Source: Macrostomum lignano (Eukaryota). Taken from it: DNA of 64,000 bases. The DNA lies in contig NIVC01002863.1 in the NCBI GenBank assembly GCA_002269645.1, positions 62,001 to 126,000 of the forward strand. Reading direction: 5' to 3'. Within the stretch, counting starts at the first letter, position 1. Each line of letters starts with the position of its first letter. Below are positions 40,246 through 53,500 of the stretch, one piece after another. The position numbers were made by a program, and so were the translations under genes. Under the pieces are notes generated by a model. That model saw only the letters and a list, made by a program, of their open reading frames with translations, ran no database searches and was not told the origin of the DNA.

Positions 40246-42009
40246 TCAATGTGTCTCGTGCCAGATCCTGAAGCATGGATCTGGACAGAGACCAGGATGT
40301 CCGGGACAGTGGCTGCAGCAAAATACTGTCTTCTTAGCTGGAACGTCAGGTTTCAAAGAGCACATTCGGCATCGTTTGCTTGGGCGAGCCTGGGCTTCCG
40401 TTGCTGGGAGTCTCATCGGTGAATGAATTGGACGGTTAGCCTGCATCGGGGCTGGAACCTGAGTCGGTGGCCGAGCGCGTCCCGGTCCTGAGTCGCGGAT
40501 CAGCGTCTTGATACTATTCTCTAGGAAAGTCAAAAATTTGGCTGTCCCACCACATTTCTTGTACAGCGTCCAAGCGTTTCGTACAAGCGTGAGAATCAGG
40601 TGAAACGCGACTTTCTGGAACCATTTGTAGGACTTACGATTTGGATGGTAGAGATGCACGGACGCATCAAGTCGATCAACACCGCCCATGTTGCGATTGT
40701 ACTGGATGACAGCCGTTGGCTTCGGAATTTGATCAACTTGACCACCGCGACGAACTCTGCGAACATCAGTGCAAGCGGCAGGCATGCTTGTGTCCAGAAG
40801 GTAGACAACCTTTGTTCCCGAGGCCTTTCTGTCTGCTAGCTTGATAGCGAGTGTCTGATTGCACCTCATGAAGCCCTGACCCGGAGCAACCACTAATTTT
40901 TCTTGCAATTCTCTCGGGATTCCACGATCCTTTCGAACAGTCCCGGTGAGCAAGGCCTTTTTTTCAAACAAGTAGATAGCCAATCTGTGTGATGTAAACC
41001 AACTATCCGCGTATATGTGGTATCCTTCACCCAGTAGTTCGCGGCTAAGCTCAACAACGACTCGTTCGCTCATGGAGAGCTCATCGCATTGGAGACCGGC
41101 ACCGAAGGTTGCGTGTTCGGCCTCAACAGAATGCAGCAGGAAATTCCACAGGTATCCCGTCGTGGACTCAGTCAGACAATACAGTTTGATGCCGTACTTT
41201 GCCTTCTTGCTTGGAATATACTGCTTCAGCAGAAGTCTCACCTTGTATAGAATCAGCGTCTCATCGATGGCGACATCCTGCTCTGGTCGATAGGTTTCGC
41301 GACAAATTCGGCTAATCAAGTCCAGAAAAGGCCTTACTTTGCACAGTGGGTCGTTGATATCGAACTCTCGGCAGTCGTAGCACCGGAAGTAGGCCAGTAG
41401 CTGAAGAAATCGCCAACGGGGAAGGCTCTCGGCTTGCTGAAAATATGGATTCCGATACATGACGTCTGTGGACCAGTAGTGGCGTATGGTCGGCTTGCTG
41501 TTGATGCCCATGAAGAGCACCATGCCCAGAAACTTTTTCATCTCGGCCACACAGCATGGTTTAAGAGCAGACAGTCCAGCAGGCAACTCTTCCTCGCCAG
41601 TTTCTGCACTCTCCTGCTGAAACTCCCTGACTGACAACCACATTCTCTCATTGGTCCATGTGACAAGACTGGTGAGAAACTCTTCAGTCAGGAAGATTGA
41701 TAAAAATTCCGCCATACTTTCGTCTGGATTTTCTGGCAGATCGATGCTTGGATTGATGGTCGAAAACCCTCGGAATTCCGGCACCCGGTCGTGGTCAAAC
41801 GAGTTGTCACTTCCAGGGGCTACTTCAACCCATTCCGCGGCCGCCTCATCTTGGCTCTGATCAGTTTCTGGATCCATGCTTTCCGACTCCGTTTCTGACT
41901 CAAAAACCGTCGACTCATCGCTTGATAAAGCGTCATCCGAATCGGAATCGAGTCCCAGTCTGCGCAAGGCATCACTTTTAGCTGTCCTTTTCGGGCGCGT
42001 AGAAGCCAT
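40246..42009 (-). CDS. piggyBac transposase (PGBD4-like), intact 587 aa
   Basis: Acidic N-terminus; catalytic D-D-D in VAIDET, YADSWFTS and YNRNMGGVDRLD; C-terminal Cys-rich domain CRMC...CSHC...LC..PCF..WH. No stops or frameshifts. Confidence 0.95.
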   Translation of the reverse strand: MASTRPKRTAKSDALRRLGLDSDSDDALSSDESTVFESETESESMDPETDQSQDEAAAEWVEVAPGSDNSFDHDRVPEFRGFSTINPSIDLPENPDESMAEFLSIFLTEEFLTSLVTWTNERMWLSVREFQQESAETGEEELPAGLSALKPCCVAEMKKFLGMVLFMGINSKPTIRHYWSTDVMYRNPYFQQAESLPRWRFLQLLAYFRCYDCREFDINDPLCKVRPFLDLISRICRETYRPEQDVAIDETLILYKVRLLLKQYIPSKKAKYGIKLYCLTESTTGYLWNFLLHSVEAEHATFGAGLQCDELSMSERVVVELSRELLGEGYHIYADSWFTSHRLAIYLFEKKALLTGTVRKDRGIPRELQEKLVVAPGQGFMRCNQTLAIKLADRKASGTKVVYLLDTSMPAACTDVRRVRRGGQVDQIPKPTAVIQYNRNMGGVDRLDASVHLYHPNRKSYKWFQKVAFHLILTLVRNAWTLYKKCGGTAKFLTFLENSIKTLIRDSGPGRARPPTQVPAPMQANRPIHSPMRLPATEAQARPSKRCRMCSLKPDVPAKKTVFCCSHCPGHPGLCPDPCFRIWHETH

Positions 42010-44795
42010 TTGTGAGTAGGAAGGTTTGAACAGGAGCTAGCAGAAAAACTCTGTGGTATACTTTACTTCTGGGCTTTTAGGGTGTGCACTCGATTCAGAA
42101 AAAAAGACAAATTTGTCTATTGACTGCTCTGCAGGCCTTTGGGCTTTTAAGCGATCTTACAGAACCAAGCTTGGGCGCGAAGTGGTTAAGCTGGGGGTGG
42201 TAAGAGCCAATAAACGAGCCTTGGTTTTAAAAAATACATTAAAATGCTTCTAACTTACTACTGAACTGAAATTATAAGCTTACACGCAAAGGTGCTGAGT
42301 GGCCAATCTAGTTATTCTATTATCTGTGTACGACTTGCGGTGCGTGCATTTAAACTTTAAGTTCAATTGTGCCATCGAAGTAGAAGGGTGGAAAGTTTCT
42401 TTTCTTAGAAAGTATTTTTGGGCTGGCTGTCTTTGGCTTCGGCTTTTTCCTTTTTTAGCACAAGCATTGCGACAGGTTTTATTGGAAGAAGTTCAAATGC
42501 TCATCTTTCAGCATAACATGGTCCCCTGATTTCGACTTTTGTCAAATAAAGCAATAAAGTCCTTAGCGATCACGAGCATAGATTAAAATAGGAGAGAAGA
42601 GTAGAGGAGAACATAGAAGAGAAACTCGAATCCCAGAAGTCCCATGGAGGAAAGAGAAGTCCATGAGAAGTCCGCGCATTCCGAGCCCGTCAGGTTCTGC
42701 TGCATCCAAGTCATTTTTAGCAACTAAGCCTGCAAAATCAGGTTCTTCCCGGATGCTAGTTCAGCCGCAGAGGAAGAAGCAATCTTCGGCTTTTTCAAAG
42801 CCAGCACAGACTCACAGAGCGCGCAATTGGGTCAGTCAGTTCGTTTATCTGCTTCTGCTGCTGCTGAAGTTGAAGGCTTGGCGCGTTGCCGTCATCTTTG
42901 TGCCTGTCGGATTGCTGGCGGTGAACCTCTTCTATGCTCCAAAACTATCCGACACCCTGCTGAGCACTAAAACTGGCAGAAACCGCAGCAACCATCTTGT
43001 CTTCTATGGCGCTTCCGACTTTTCGGCGTCGAAGGCCCGAGTACTGATGGACAGCTCCGCCTTCCCGGCTGAAACGGCCGCCGCTACCAGCGTCATGAGT
43101 GCCGGAGGCGTCAATCACGACTGGATCAAAGTTTGCGGCCCAGAAATCGACTGCAGAGAGCGCTTCATCCATCTCGAAGATGATGACGAAATCGTTGCCC
43201 TGATCCGCTACTCGAAGTCGCCTGCAAAGTCGCGGACCGTTTTGGAATGCCTGGTGCTCTATGGACTCACTGATGACATCAGATGCGCCTTCCTGTACAA
43301 ACTTATGATTCTGTCAATGGAAAAAGCTCTTGGGGTCGAAACTTTCAAGGACTTTCGCCTGTTTCAACTTTTGGACAAGTTCTCCATCAAGAATAAGACT
43401 ACAGAGCTCTACAGCAGCAAAAAGATAAAACCGCTGCCCAAGTCCATTTGCGCAGACTGGATCAAAAAGAACCTCTTCGCCCTACTAACGCACTTTTATG
43501 TACCCTACTCAATCAGTCTTGCAGTGGTCGGAGTGAACTTCTACTTGCTCATCTCCACTGTATCCTGCATCCGCATGCTCAAGACCAATGGCTTCCTGCA
43601 GCAGCTGTTTCGCAGCGGCCTGTCCGTGTCTGCCTATTGGCTGGCAGTTTGGCTCATCACTGTGCTTGAGTGCCTAATCTTCGCGACCGTTTATACTCCA
43701 CCTCTAACACACTACTGTGTCCTGGGGTTTTTCCGGCCCCAGCCATGGCCCGCCTCTTCATCTTCTTCACACTGTTTTGCCTCAACCTGGCTGCTTTCAT
43801 GCTGCTGTTGGAGCTGCTGCTGCCACCTCTGGCTGCTGTGTCCATAGTGAGCTTCGTCGTGAGCCTCAGCATGCTGGTCTACAATTTATTGACCACAGCG
43901 TCAATGCGAAAACGGACCAAATTCCTACTGTATATTTTTTCGCCACTTTTCTCAACCGAGTACATCGGCACGCTATTCAACTCTGAAGTGTGGCGACAGT
44001 TCTCAGCAATTCAGCTGCCGGATGAAGAGGAATCTGCGCGGCTTTCCCAGATTATGTACTGGACGATAGTCGGACTGCTGCTGTTCGTTCTGCTGCTGAC
44101 TTACCTGGACTTCATCTTGAGCTGCGGCAACGGCCTGCTTTTGTCGCCGCTGTACCCGCTCATGCACAGCTTCTGGTGGCCGCGAGGTCAGAAGGATTGG
44201 AGCGAGGTGCCTCATAGCAAAACCCAAGCCGAGAGGATCGAGGCCAACATCGAGCCGGTGCTGGGACTGGAGCCCATCGTAATTGTCCACCACGTCAACA
44301 AGGCTTACAGAAACTGCTGCTTCCTCTGTCCTGATGGTCCGTTGGTTTTGAAGATGTCTTGTAAGTTGTTGTGTTAAACTTTTTCGGAGTTATTTTTTTT
44401 TCAGGCACACACGACCAAATCTACCACGAACCTAAAGAAGAGCGGACAAAACTGCACATGAAAGTGAAAAAGTCAGTACATACATATGCATGTAAATTAT
44501 CAATTTGTTCGTCCATCAAATGCCAAATATCACACCAAATATTCGATTTGAAGAAATTAAGGCAATGCCACTGTGAAGTTTAGGTTTGCGTGCCGAGAAA
44601 GTTGGCCTCTGAATGGTTTTGTTAGCTCAATATATTTATTGGTCAATATTGTGGGGTGGGGTGAAGCGATGCGCGATTGGTCAATAACTGGTAAACAAGT
44701 TTAGGCGAGAGAATGAGTCATGAATAATAATGTGGGGCAGAGAGCGTAGCGCACGGCCTACAGCCACATCCAAATGCTACACTGTCTGCATAGAC

Positions 44796-44898
44796 TGCGA
44801 CTACGTATAACAATATACGTATTATATGCGACTACGTATAACAATATACGTATTATATGCGACTACGTATAACAATATACGTATTATATGCGACTACG
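44796..44898. repeat. 31-bp tandem repeat x3.3
   Basis: TGCGACTACGTATAACAATATACGTATTATA. Confidence 0.95.
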
Positions 44899-47630
44899 CT
44901 TATTTGTAGTAAATTTCCCCGATGAAGTCCCTGTGAAACTGTCTGCGTTATCATTTCCCACGTCTTCCAGCCACCGCGCAATTCCGGCCGATTCTCACGG
45001 TTCCCCTTTCTCGTGCGATTTCTGAAATGTCTCTGTTAAAAATGTAATTGAACCCCGCCCCACATAAAGGCATACAACCCCTCTAAAGTGGAAGCAGACT
45101 TTTAGGGCGGCCTGCACTAGCCCTTTGCAATGCCGTCATCAAGCACTTGTGGCTTTTTGTAAGAGTGCAGCTGTCCACAACTGCTACACTCCACCACGCT
45201 CTGATAACAATGCAATTCCCTAATTTCCTAAATCCTAAGTCCTATTCCTAATAGTTCCTACGATAGTCCCTAAATATCGGTTGATTACCATCCTTATAGC
45301 GGAATGGACTCTAGAGAAGTCATCAAGGCATTTCGAGCGGGCACTCTGATGCTTCCTCAGCTTTTGGAAACTTGCAGTTTGCCTGTAGAATCGACTCCCG
45401 AGAAGGAAGAAAAACCAAAGCATCGGATAAGAAAGTCCAACCGAATGAGGGGCTCCACGCTTGCTCAGTTCATTGCTTTGTTTGCTCTGAATATGAAGCG
45501 GCAAGTGCGCTCGCGGGCCAACCTAGTGAGCCGAATCCTTGTGCCCGCCGCCCTGCTGGCAGTCATGGCTTTTTCGGCAGCATTGAGTCAAAGTACTTTA
45601 AAACAGAAGACTGATGACCCGGAATTTCAAAAGATGGATATTCTTGCTGTGCCGCAGTCGTTTCGAATTAATTTTTTGGCAAGTCTGAAATCCCCATTAC
45701 TTGTGTGAGTGATGGAGTCTCGAACCTGATCTCTCTGCTCGATTGCGAGAGTCTGGCTCTTCCAGCTGCGGCAGAAGACAGCGGGAGCCGTCCGCCTATT
45801 CTCATTAAAAAATCTCCATTGCAAAGCATCGAGAACTTTCTGTCGCTAAAATCAACCTGAGATGAAATTTTTAAAGAGCTCAGGGCGAAAAACTGGATTA
45901 AGGGCGGGGCACAAATGACGCCATGCGCCGTGTACTACGCCTCGCCTTGGCAGAAGAACGTGTCGAACAAGGACCGATCCGTAAGCGTTAGGGTTTTGTA
46001 CCAAGAAGATTCTGTATCCCCCAGGGTGCACATTTACAGAAGAGCGCTGGTGACCATCTTGAAGTTCTTTGGAATATCAGGACCCGAAGCAACCACTGCC
46101 CTGGCTTCAACATTCAGTTTTTCACGCTTCTCTTTGTATTCTGTCTGTTTCCTGTTTCGTACTTGAGCGATCCGATTGAAGACATGGCAATCAAAGCGCG
46201 CAACTACCTCGCCTCCACTGGTTTGACTTCCACTCCCTACTGGGTCAATACATTTCTCATGCACTGGGTTCGGTACGTTATTTGCTACATGATAGCTGTC
46301 GGGCTGCTACTGATATGCGAGGAATACAGAAGCACGTATATAGCCCTTGCCGCCTTCTTGCCAGTGCTTCTCGCTGGAACCGTGTCCAACCAGCTGACCA
46401 TCTGCGCCATCGCTGTTGTAACACAGACTCAAAGCACCGTGGTCTCGACAGCCTGCGTTCTGACCGCAGTGCTTCTGCCCCCAGTATTGTTCATCACTCA
46501 GAACCATAAGACTTTCGTGACGCTTTTGTTCTGGATCCTGCCACCCGCAGCCCCGCTTGAACTGCTGTACAGCAGCGCCAACTACTATTTACTCAAGCTG
46601 GACTATTATCAGACCAATGACGGCGATGAGTTGCCTGGCATGGCTGAAAGTGTGTACAGAAATCCTCTAATATTACAAGCCCTACTGGCTATGCCAGTGC
46701 ACATTTTCATCATGTTCGGCATCATTTTTTTCACAGAGCAGAGCGCTGTTATCAGAAAGTTAATCAGGGGTAACAGCGCCCAGATTACGCCTGATAACAT
46801 TGATAGCGAAATGGAGGAAGGCGCAAGGAAAGAAGCAGAGCGGGTGCTGGCGGCTCCCAGGAGCTCCAAGAACATGCTGGAGGTGCGACAGCTGCAAAAG
46901 ATTTACCCCAACGGAGTCCACGCTGTGCGAGGCGTCACCTTCGGAGCGATGGCCGGCGAGATCTTCGGTCTGCTGGGCGCGAACGGAGCCGGCAAGTCCA
47001 CCTCCATGTCGGTGATTGCCGGCGAGGAGGCCGCGACGGAGGGCGCCTGCGAGGTTCACGTGCAGGACGGCGCCTGGTTGTCCGGTCGGGAAGGAGCCAC
47101 AGTCGGCGCCATCGGCTACTGCCCGCAGTACAACCCGCTGTTCAACAGAGTCACCGTGGCCGAGCACATCCTCTTCTACGCGGATATCCGCGGCCTGGAC
47201 TCGACCGAGGCGGAGCAACAGACGACCCGGCTGATGCAGAGCCTCGGCCTGTCGCAGCACAGCGACAAGCAGGCCGGCCAGCTGTCGGGCGGCAACAAGC
47301 GGCGTCTCTGCCTCGCCATCGCTCTGCTGGGCGACCCGGCGCTCATCGTCATCGACGAGGCCTCGACCGGCGTAGATCCCGAGAACAAGCGCTTCATCTG
47401 GGGCGCCATCCGCCGCATGGTGCGCAAGAAAAGGTCAGTGATGGTCACGACTCACAGCATGGAGGAGGTCGAGGCTCTGTGCAGTCGGGTCGGCATCATG
47501 AACAAGGGCAGGATGATCTCAGTGGGCACCGTGCAGCAGCTGAGGAGTCGGTGAGTATTAATTTGCAGCATTTCAAACCACTATTTGACAATAGAGCACG
47601 AGTGCGTGCCCGCTTGAGAAATTGATGAAA

Positions 47631-47771
47631 GGTTTTTTGTCAGCAGTGCTGTAACCGATTGGTTGGAAATTCTAGCAGATTTTTTGTCAGCAGTGCTGTA
47701 ACCGATTGGTTGGAAATTCTAGCAGGTTTTTTATCAGCAGTGCTGTAACCGATTGGTTGGAAATTCTAGCA
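47631..47771 (+). repeat. 47-bp tandem repeat x3 in the last intron of ABCA copy 1
   Basis: GGTTTTTTGTCAGCAGTGCTGTAACCGATTGGTTGGAAATTCTAGCA. Confidence 0.95.
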
Positions 47772-48469
47772 GGTAGCACAAATGCAGCCCATATTCAGGC
47801 TCTTAACTTGTTTAAAAGGTGCATTTGATTTTTTACCATCAATTGACTTTATTTCGACAATTTTTCAATCAGCCATGGAGACGCGTACACGCTCGAGCTG
47901 CTGCTGAACGCCGAGTTCAACGTCGATCAGACGAAGAAAGTTATCCATCAGGCTTGCGGTGCTGGAGCAGTTCAGTGGAGCGCAGACGCAGGAGGACGTC
48001 GGCCTCAGCCTGGTGATGCAGTTTTCGGTGCCCAAGTCGTCAGTGAGCAGCCTGTCGGATGCGCTGAAGTGGCTGGAGACGAACCAGAGCGGATGGGGAG
48101 TGAGCTACTGGGCCTTCTACCAGATTTCTCTCGACCAGGTGTTCGTGAAGCTGATCAAGACGCACGACCCCTCCGTTCCGGAGAAAGCCGGCAATTCTGT
48201 TTGAGAAGACGCTAAAAAACAAAATACTTGAACAATGTCTGCATTTTTCCAGTACTAATGCAGTATTTTATTGAATACAACATAGTGGCAACTTTTTCGT
48301 TTAATAAAAGTACTATTTATTAACTTGTCTGTTGCACAGCAGATAACCAGGATATTTATTTAGTTTCAATCATGAAACAGAAAGAAATGAAAGAAATTTT
48401 CATTATAATTCAACAAAAACAACAACAACAACAACAAAACCAACGACAACAACAACAACAACAGCAACA

Positions 48470-48908
48470 TGTGGAGTGGAGTGGAGTGGAAGTTTTTGTG
48501 GAGTGGAGTGGAAGTGGAAGAAGTGGAGTAAATTTGTGGAGTGGAAGCACGAGAGGGCGAAGGAAATCTACGCGAAGAAGCAGCCGGACTGGCGGAAGGA
48601 AGGAAAGTGGTGCAGAGCGGCCAGGCGCGATTTTGCCAGGTTCAGGACCGGACACCACGCGGAGCTGGCGGAGTATGGTGCTCGGATTGGAACCAGGGAG
48701 AGTGGAACGTGCCGGCTGTGCAATCTCGAGGAGGAAGGCACGGAGCACGTACTGTTGAAGTGCCCAGTGATGGACAACATCAGGAGGAAGACCGGCATCA
48801 CGGATATGGGCAACTTATGCGCCATGCCCGAAGAATGCCGGGCCCTTTGGAACGAGTTCCGAGAACGGGTTAGACTGAAGAGAGAGTAGGGCTGTGGTAC
48901 GGCAACGC
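48470..48908 (+). mobile_element. 5'-truncated non-LTR retrotransposon (439 bp) with 23-bp TSD in a (CAA)n tract
   Basis: ORF end ARFRTGHH...CRLCNLEEEGTEHVLLKCP (CX2CX7HX4C knuckle of I/R1-type ORF2). (CAA)5CAGCAACA is duplicated at 48447-48469 and 48909-48931. Confidence 0.85.
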
Positions 48909-49489
48909 CAACAACAACAACAACAGCAACAACAGAATACGCAGTTGGCGTCGCAGTGTTGGAATATTCTATATTAGAATTCAATATAGCTAACAGTTGC
49001 ATACATGAGTGCATTGGTATTGTAGCTAGTGTAAAGACATGTTCGGTACATCTTGCAAACTGTGCTCTTACCCGTTCTCTTACCTGTGCTCTCAGTCACT
49101 GTGCTCTTAGTCATTGAGCTCTCCAATGACCAGTGCCACGTGGAAATTGAGGTAGCCTGTCCACCGCATTCAGGACGCTACACACGTGATTCGTCGAATA
49201 TTTTTGAAGGCCGATTTCTTCATTTCGATATTCTTCGATATTCTTCGATATTCTTCTTCAGGTCGACACGAGTGATGCATTCTAAGAGTGTTTTGACTTT
49301 TAACTCCTTTGAGGCTAATTATAATTTTCTAATTGCAGCGCAAAGGCGCAAACTAATCAAGTTATTTGAAGTCTTGTGCATTGGTCCATCTATCAAATCC
49401 CAGCCATTTGTTGTCCGGTGTCTGTTTTGTTAATTGTTAACTGGAATTTTTAAGGCTGTCAGAATATTATTAGGATTGAGGAGTGAAAA

Positions 49490-50552
49490 AATGCTGACAT
49501 GGTGACATGACAACCATTGCAGACCCGACACCGTCGTGTATCGTCACAATTCCTTGCTGAAACACCGAAAGCATCTGTGATCTGGCTGAAGAAAGCCGCG
49601 TCTCGCCTCTACACTGGCCATCTTGGTGCAGTTCTCTGTAGCGTGTTCTGACCCACAGTCGGTGCAGTACACTTTGCCGCTCTGTTCTTGACGATTAGGT
49701 TGTCGCTCTTCTGACTGAGCAGTCAGGGTGGCTAAGGACGACTTTGGCCGAGCTATTCCACGACTGTGATTCGGTAAATTGAGCTTCCTTACACCTATAG
49801 CAGCGTTCTCAAGGACTTGAATTGCAAGAGTTTGCAAGAGTTTCAAGAAAAAACTCCACCGTGTCAATGGTTTTTTCAATAACTCGCGGGCTTTACCAGG
49901 TTGAGTCGAAATTCAGCTGGACATTTGCGAAGCAAGTTTTTTAGCAACTATGTCTCGTAAGTTGACGGAGGAACACCTTGAACCTCTAAGCTACGAACTC
50001 CGGCAGCGATGTTGTCATGAAAACTTCGCAGACTCGACAAGGTAATATCAAACAACTGAACGTCAGAGAGCTGACTTAGGATACTGCGATTAATTATTTC
50101 CTTCCCAAAGCAGAATATCGATGGCGATTTGATAATAGGGTCGACATGATTGAAAGTGAATCCATCAGAAAATTTAAATTTGTTGATGTCGGACAACTCC
50201 GCGTTCTCATCGCCAGAGGAAGAGACTTGATCCCAGAAGGGCTGCCACATGGACACTGTACCATCAAATGTTGGGATCCTGCGCTTTGGTAGTTTGACTT
50301 GAGGCTTGGATGGACTCGACACCGATGCTCAGCCATTGCTGGACTGGTTCACACTCTTCTCTAGAAGCTTCATGTACTTCCGAGCCTTAAAGGTGTACTC
50401 CAGACTCTCTTCTTGATCCGCTTCTCGCTTCTCTTCATCCAAATCCTCCTGAATGTCCAATTCAAACTGCTCAAGAATAGGAATCTTCTCTTTCAGTGTG
50501 TCAATACAGACTTCCGCTTCCACAGTGAGCTTTACACCCACAGTACCGACGA
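49490..50552 (-). pseudogene. BEL/Pao LTR-retrotransposon gag relic (main part)
   Basis: LPKRRIPTFDGTVSMWQPFWDQ...LSDINKFK (DUF1759-type region). Triple zinc knuckle CTDCGSEHATENC / CFRC / CRVCNGCH. Stops and frameshifts are present; no pol or LTR was found. Confidence 0.85.
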
Positions 50553-52059
50553 CACTACGTAGCACGCAGAAACTGCAGGGTTTTCAGATGTTTTGACGCA
50601 AAAAATGCAAATTATACTACTATCTGAAAATGAAGTAAGTAGTATACAAAAACGCTATCCTAAGCGTGATATGCCAATATGTAGTTGTAATAATCCATGT
50701 GCTCATATTAATTCCATGTATATTAATCCCTATCTATCTCAAAATGGATATGTACATTAATTCCATGTACATTAATCCCTATCTATCTCAAATTGGATAT
50801 GTACATTATTCCCATGTACATTAATCCATATCTCAAATTGTCTATCCCCAATTCTATATGTATGCAGTATGTGCATTAATCTACAGTGTCATCCCCAGCG
50901 CGCGCGCGCGCACCAAAATTACAACTCGAAACCCTACTACATGTACAGTGTACAATCTCATCTACTACTACCAAATGAGTCAACTAATTGTGTAGCCTAC
51001 AACGTAAATGTATATTTCCAATGTACATTTCTCAGACATTTGAATAATACGGGTCGGAGTCTATATGTACATCGATAGCCTCTATACTCATATCCGCTAC
51101 ATACCCCAAAAATTAGGTATGTACATTTTCACCCTCGGAGAATGTAGGTTTGAATATGCTGATAATTTATTCGAAATCACTTATAAAATACACATACTTT
51201 CATATAGAGGCGGGCCTGTACAAACTCTCGCCAAGCGATGGGGTGGAGTTTGCGTCATCCAAGCCTCTCCCAAGTCTGCCCCCCAAATACAAGACTGTGT
51301 TGAAGCAATGCTTTATATTTCTATTGACAGTGGGTATGATACAAGACGCTTCGTCGCGCTTTAATTACAGTAAACCATCCCCTCGAAGCTCCTATACTGA
51401 ATGCTGAATCACCCTTTAACTCGGACCATAGTCAAATTCAACCCTGTTCGAAAACAGCCACCCCTCCGATGTTTACCAGACACAGCGCAGACCCCATAAC
51501 AAATCGAGCTAAATTTTAACACTCGCCCTGTTCTCTCTGTCCCCCTTCTAAATGCCAAGGAATTTCGACCCTCTCTCCATTTTCTGTGTACAAACAGATC
51601 TTTCCACAGCACAGACCCTATATTAAACTTCATTCAGCAAAACCCCTCTCTTCTCCGATTACGTCATCCATGCCGCCCCAGATAGCAAGAAACCAACTTT
51701 TAATGCACACATCAACCCCGCGAATCTGAGCAAATCCGAGTCCGCCAACCTCTACCTACATTGACAAACCCCAGCTGCATTTGTAAATGTACACAGCCTA
51801 TGAATCAGTGTCTCCACCGCATGCAATTCTGATTTACTTGATTCTGAAATTTGTAAAATGTATAAGTCACCCTTGCGTTTACTAGAAGTAGTGAAGTCCA
51901 CAAATTTAAATACGTGAGGCTATTCAATTCTGCCTCTCCACCTCCCCTGCCTTCTCACTTCAAGCTTTCAGACTTGGTCTTTGAGACGGTTTAATCTGTT
52001 AGAAACAGGAATGAATCATGCACTGACCTCTCCATACAAAGTAATGTTGGAATTTCAAA

Positions 52060-53500
52060 CAAGAAATTTGGTTATTTTGAAAGCTAAATGACTAGAAATG
52101 CACATTTTTCATTAAAATGCAGCTTTTCACAGTTTTTATGCATTTTTACGTTAAAATGCAGACTTTATTAATCAAAATCAGTAGTTTCATCACTAGAAAC
52201 CATACTTTCAACAGCTAATTTGTCCAAATGTCGCTTTCAACTTGACCTTAGACAGCTTTTAAGCAGGAATGAACCCCACACAAACATCCACAAGCCAGCC
52301 CAAAATCAGCCAAAGACATGGCTATTGAAGCCTAAATTGCTAGAAATGAGCATTTTTTTCATAAGAAAATACATTTTTTAACAGTTTTTACGCATTTTTA
52401 CGTTAAAATGCAGACTTTATTGATCAAAATCAGTAGTTTCATCACTAGAAACCATACTTTCAACAGCTAATTTGTCCAAATGTCGCTTTCAACTTGACCT
52501 TAGACAGCTTTTAAGCAGGAATGAACCCCACACAAACATCCACAAGCCAGCCCAAAATCAGCCAAAGACATGGCTATTGAAGCCTAAATTGCTAGAAATG
52601 AGCATTTTTTTCATAAGAAAATACATTTTTTAACAGTTTTTACGCATTTTTACGTTAAAATGCAGACTTTATTAATCAAAATCAGTAGTTTCATCACTAG
52701 AAACCATACTTTCAACAGCTAATTTGTCCAAATGTCGCTTTCAACTTGACCTTAGACAGCTTTTAAGCAGGAATGAACCCCACACAAACATCCACAAGCC
52801 AGCCCAAAATCAGCCAAAGACATGGCTATTGAAGCCTAAATTGCTAGAAATGAGCATTTTTTCATAAGAAAATACAATTTTTCACAGTTTTTACGCATTT
52901 TTTACGTTAAAATGCAGACTTTATTGATCAAAATCAGTAGGTTTCATCACTAAAAACCACAATTTTAACACAAAATTATCACAAATGCTACTTCTGGAAC
53001 TCTGAGACAGCTTTGAGCAGGAATTATAATCGCACACGGATTACCCGAGCCAGTCCAATTTCCACTAAAACCATGATTTTTTTAAAGCTAATTCTTAGAA
53101 TTTCTCATTCTTTCGTTTAATAAAGGCCAATTTTCACAGTTTTATTATTTTCTAACGTTAAAATGCTAAATGCGAATTGATCAAACTTAGTAGTTTCATC
53201 CCAAAAACCATAATTTCAACCGCTAATTTGTCCAAATGCTGATTTCAAAGTTGGCAAGAGACAGCTTTCGAGCAGGAATGAGTCACACACTGATCTCCAT
53301 ATGCACACCCCGCCCCAAGTTGGAATTCCACCCAAGGCATTTTCATTGAAAGCTAAATTACTAGAAATTGCACATTTTCGTTTTAAAAAGGTCAATTTTT
53401 ACAGTTTTAACTCTTTTTAACGTTAAAATGCTGACTTTATTGAACAAAATGAATCACTTCATTCAGTAGAAACCATAATTTTTACAACTTAAAAATGCTG
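52060..53500. repeat. About 252-bp tandem repeat, about 6 copies, in the left palindrome arm
   Basis: ACGTTAAAATG anchors at 52148, 52400, 52652, 52904, 53155 and 53420; the inner copies are nearly identical and the outer ones diverged. Confidence 0.9.

Larger units (their letters stand above)
42663..48204 (+). pseudogene. ABCA-subfamily transporter, copy 1, probably pseudogenised (NBD1 missing)
   Basis: TMD1 spans 42663-44360 with a frameshift at about 43725. NBD1 is absent. TMD2 has a frameshift at about 45675, an in-frame TGA at 45858 and a frameshift at about 46120. NBD2 is intact (GANGAGKST, LSGGNKRRL, IDEASTG). An intron spans 47551-47872, and the last exon has a further frameshift. 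Confidence 0.75.

Noticed and set aside
45858-45860. In-frame TGA as selenocysteine or programmed read-through
   Set aside because: No SECIS-like structure was recognised, the paralogue has no Cys there, and the gene has other lesions.
50521-50527. CACAGTG (RAG RSS heptamer) 26 bp from the palindrome end
   Set aside because: It lies outside the TSD within Pao gag coding sequence and has no nonamer at 12/23 spacing; chance occurrence.
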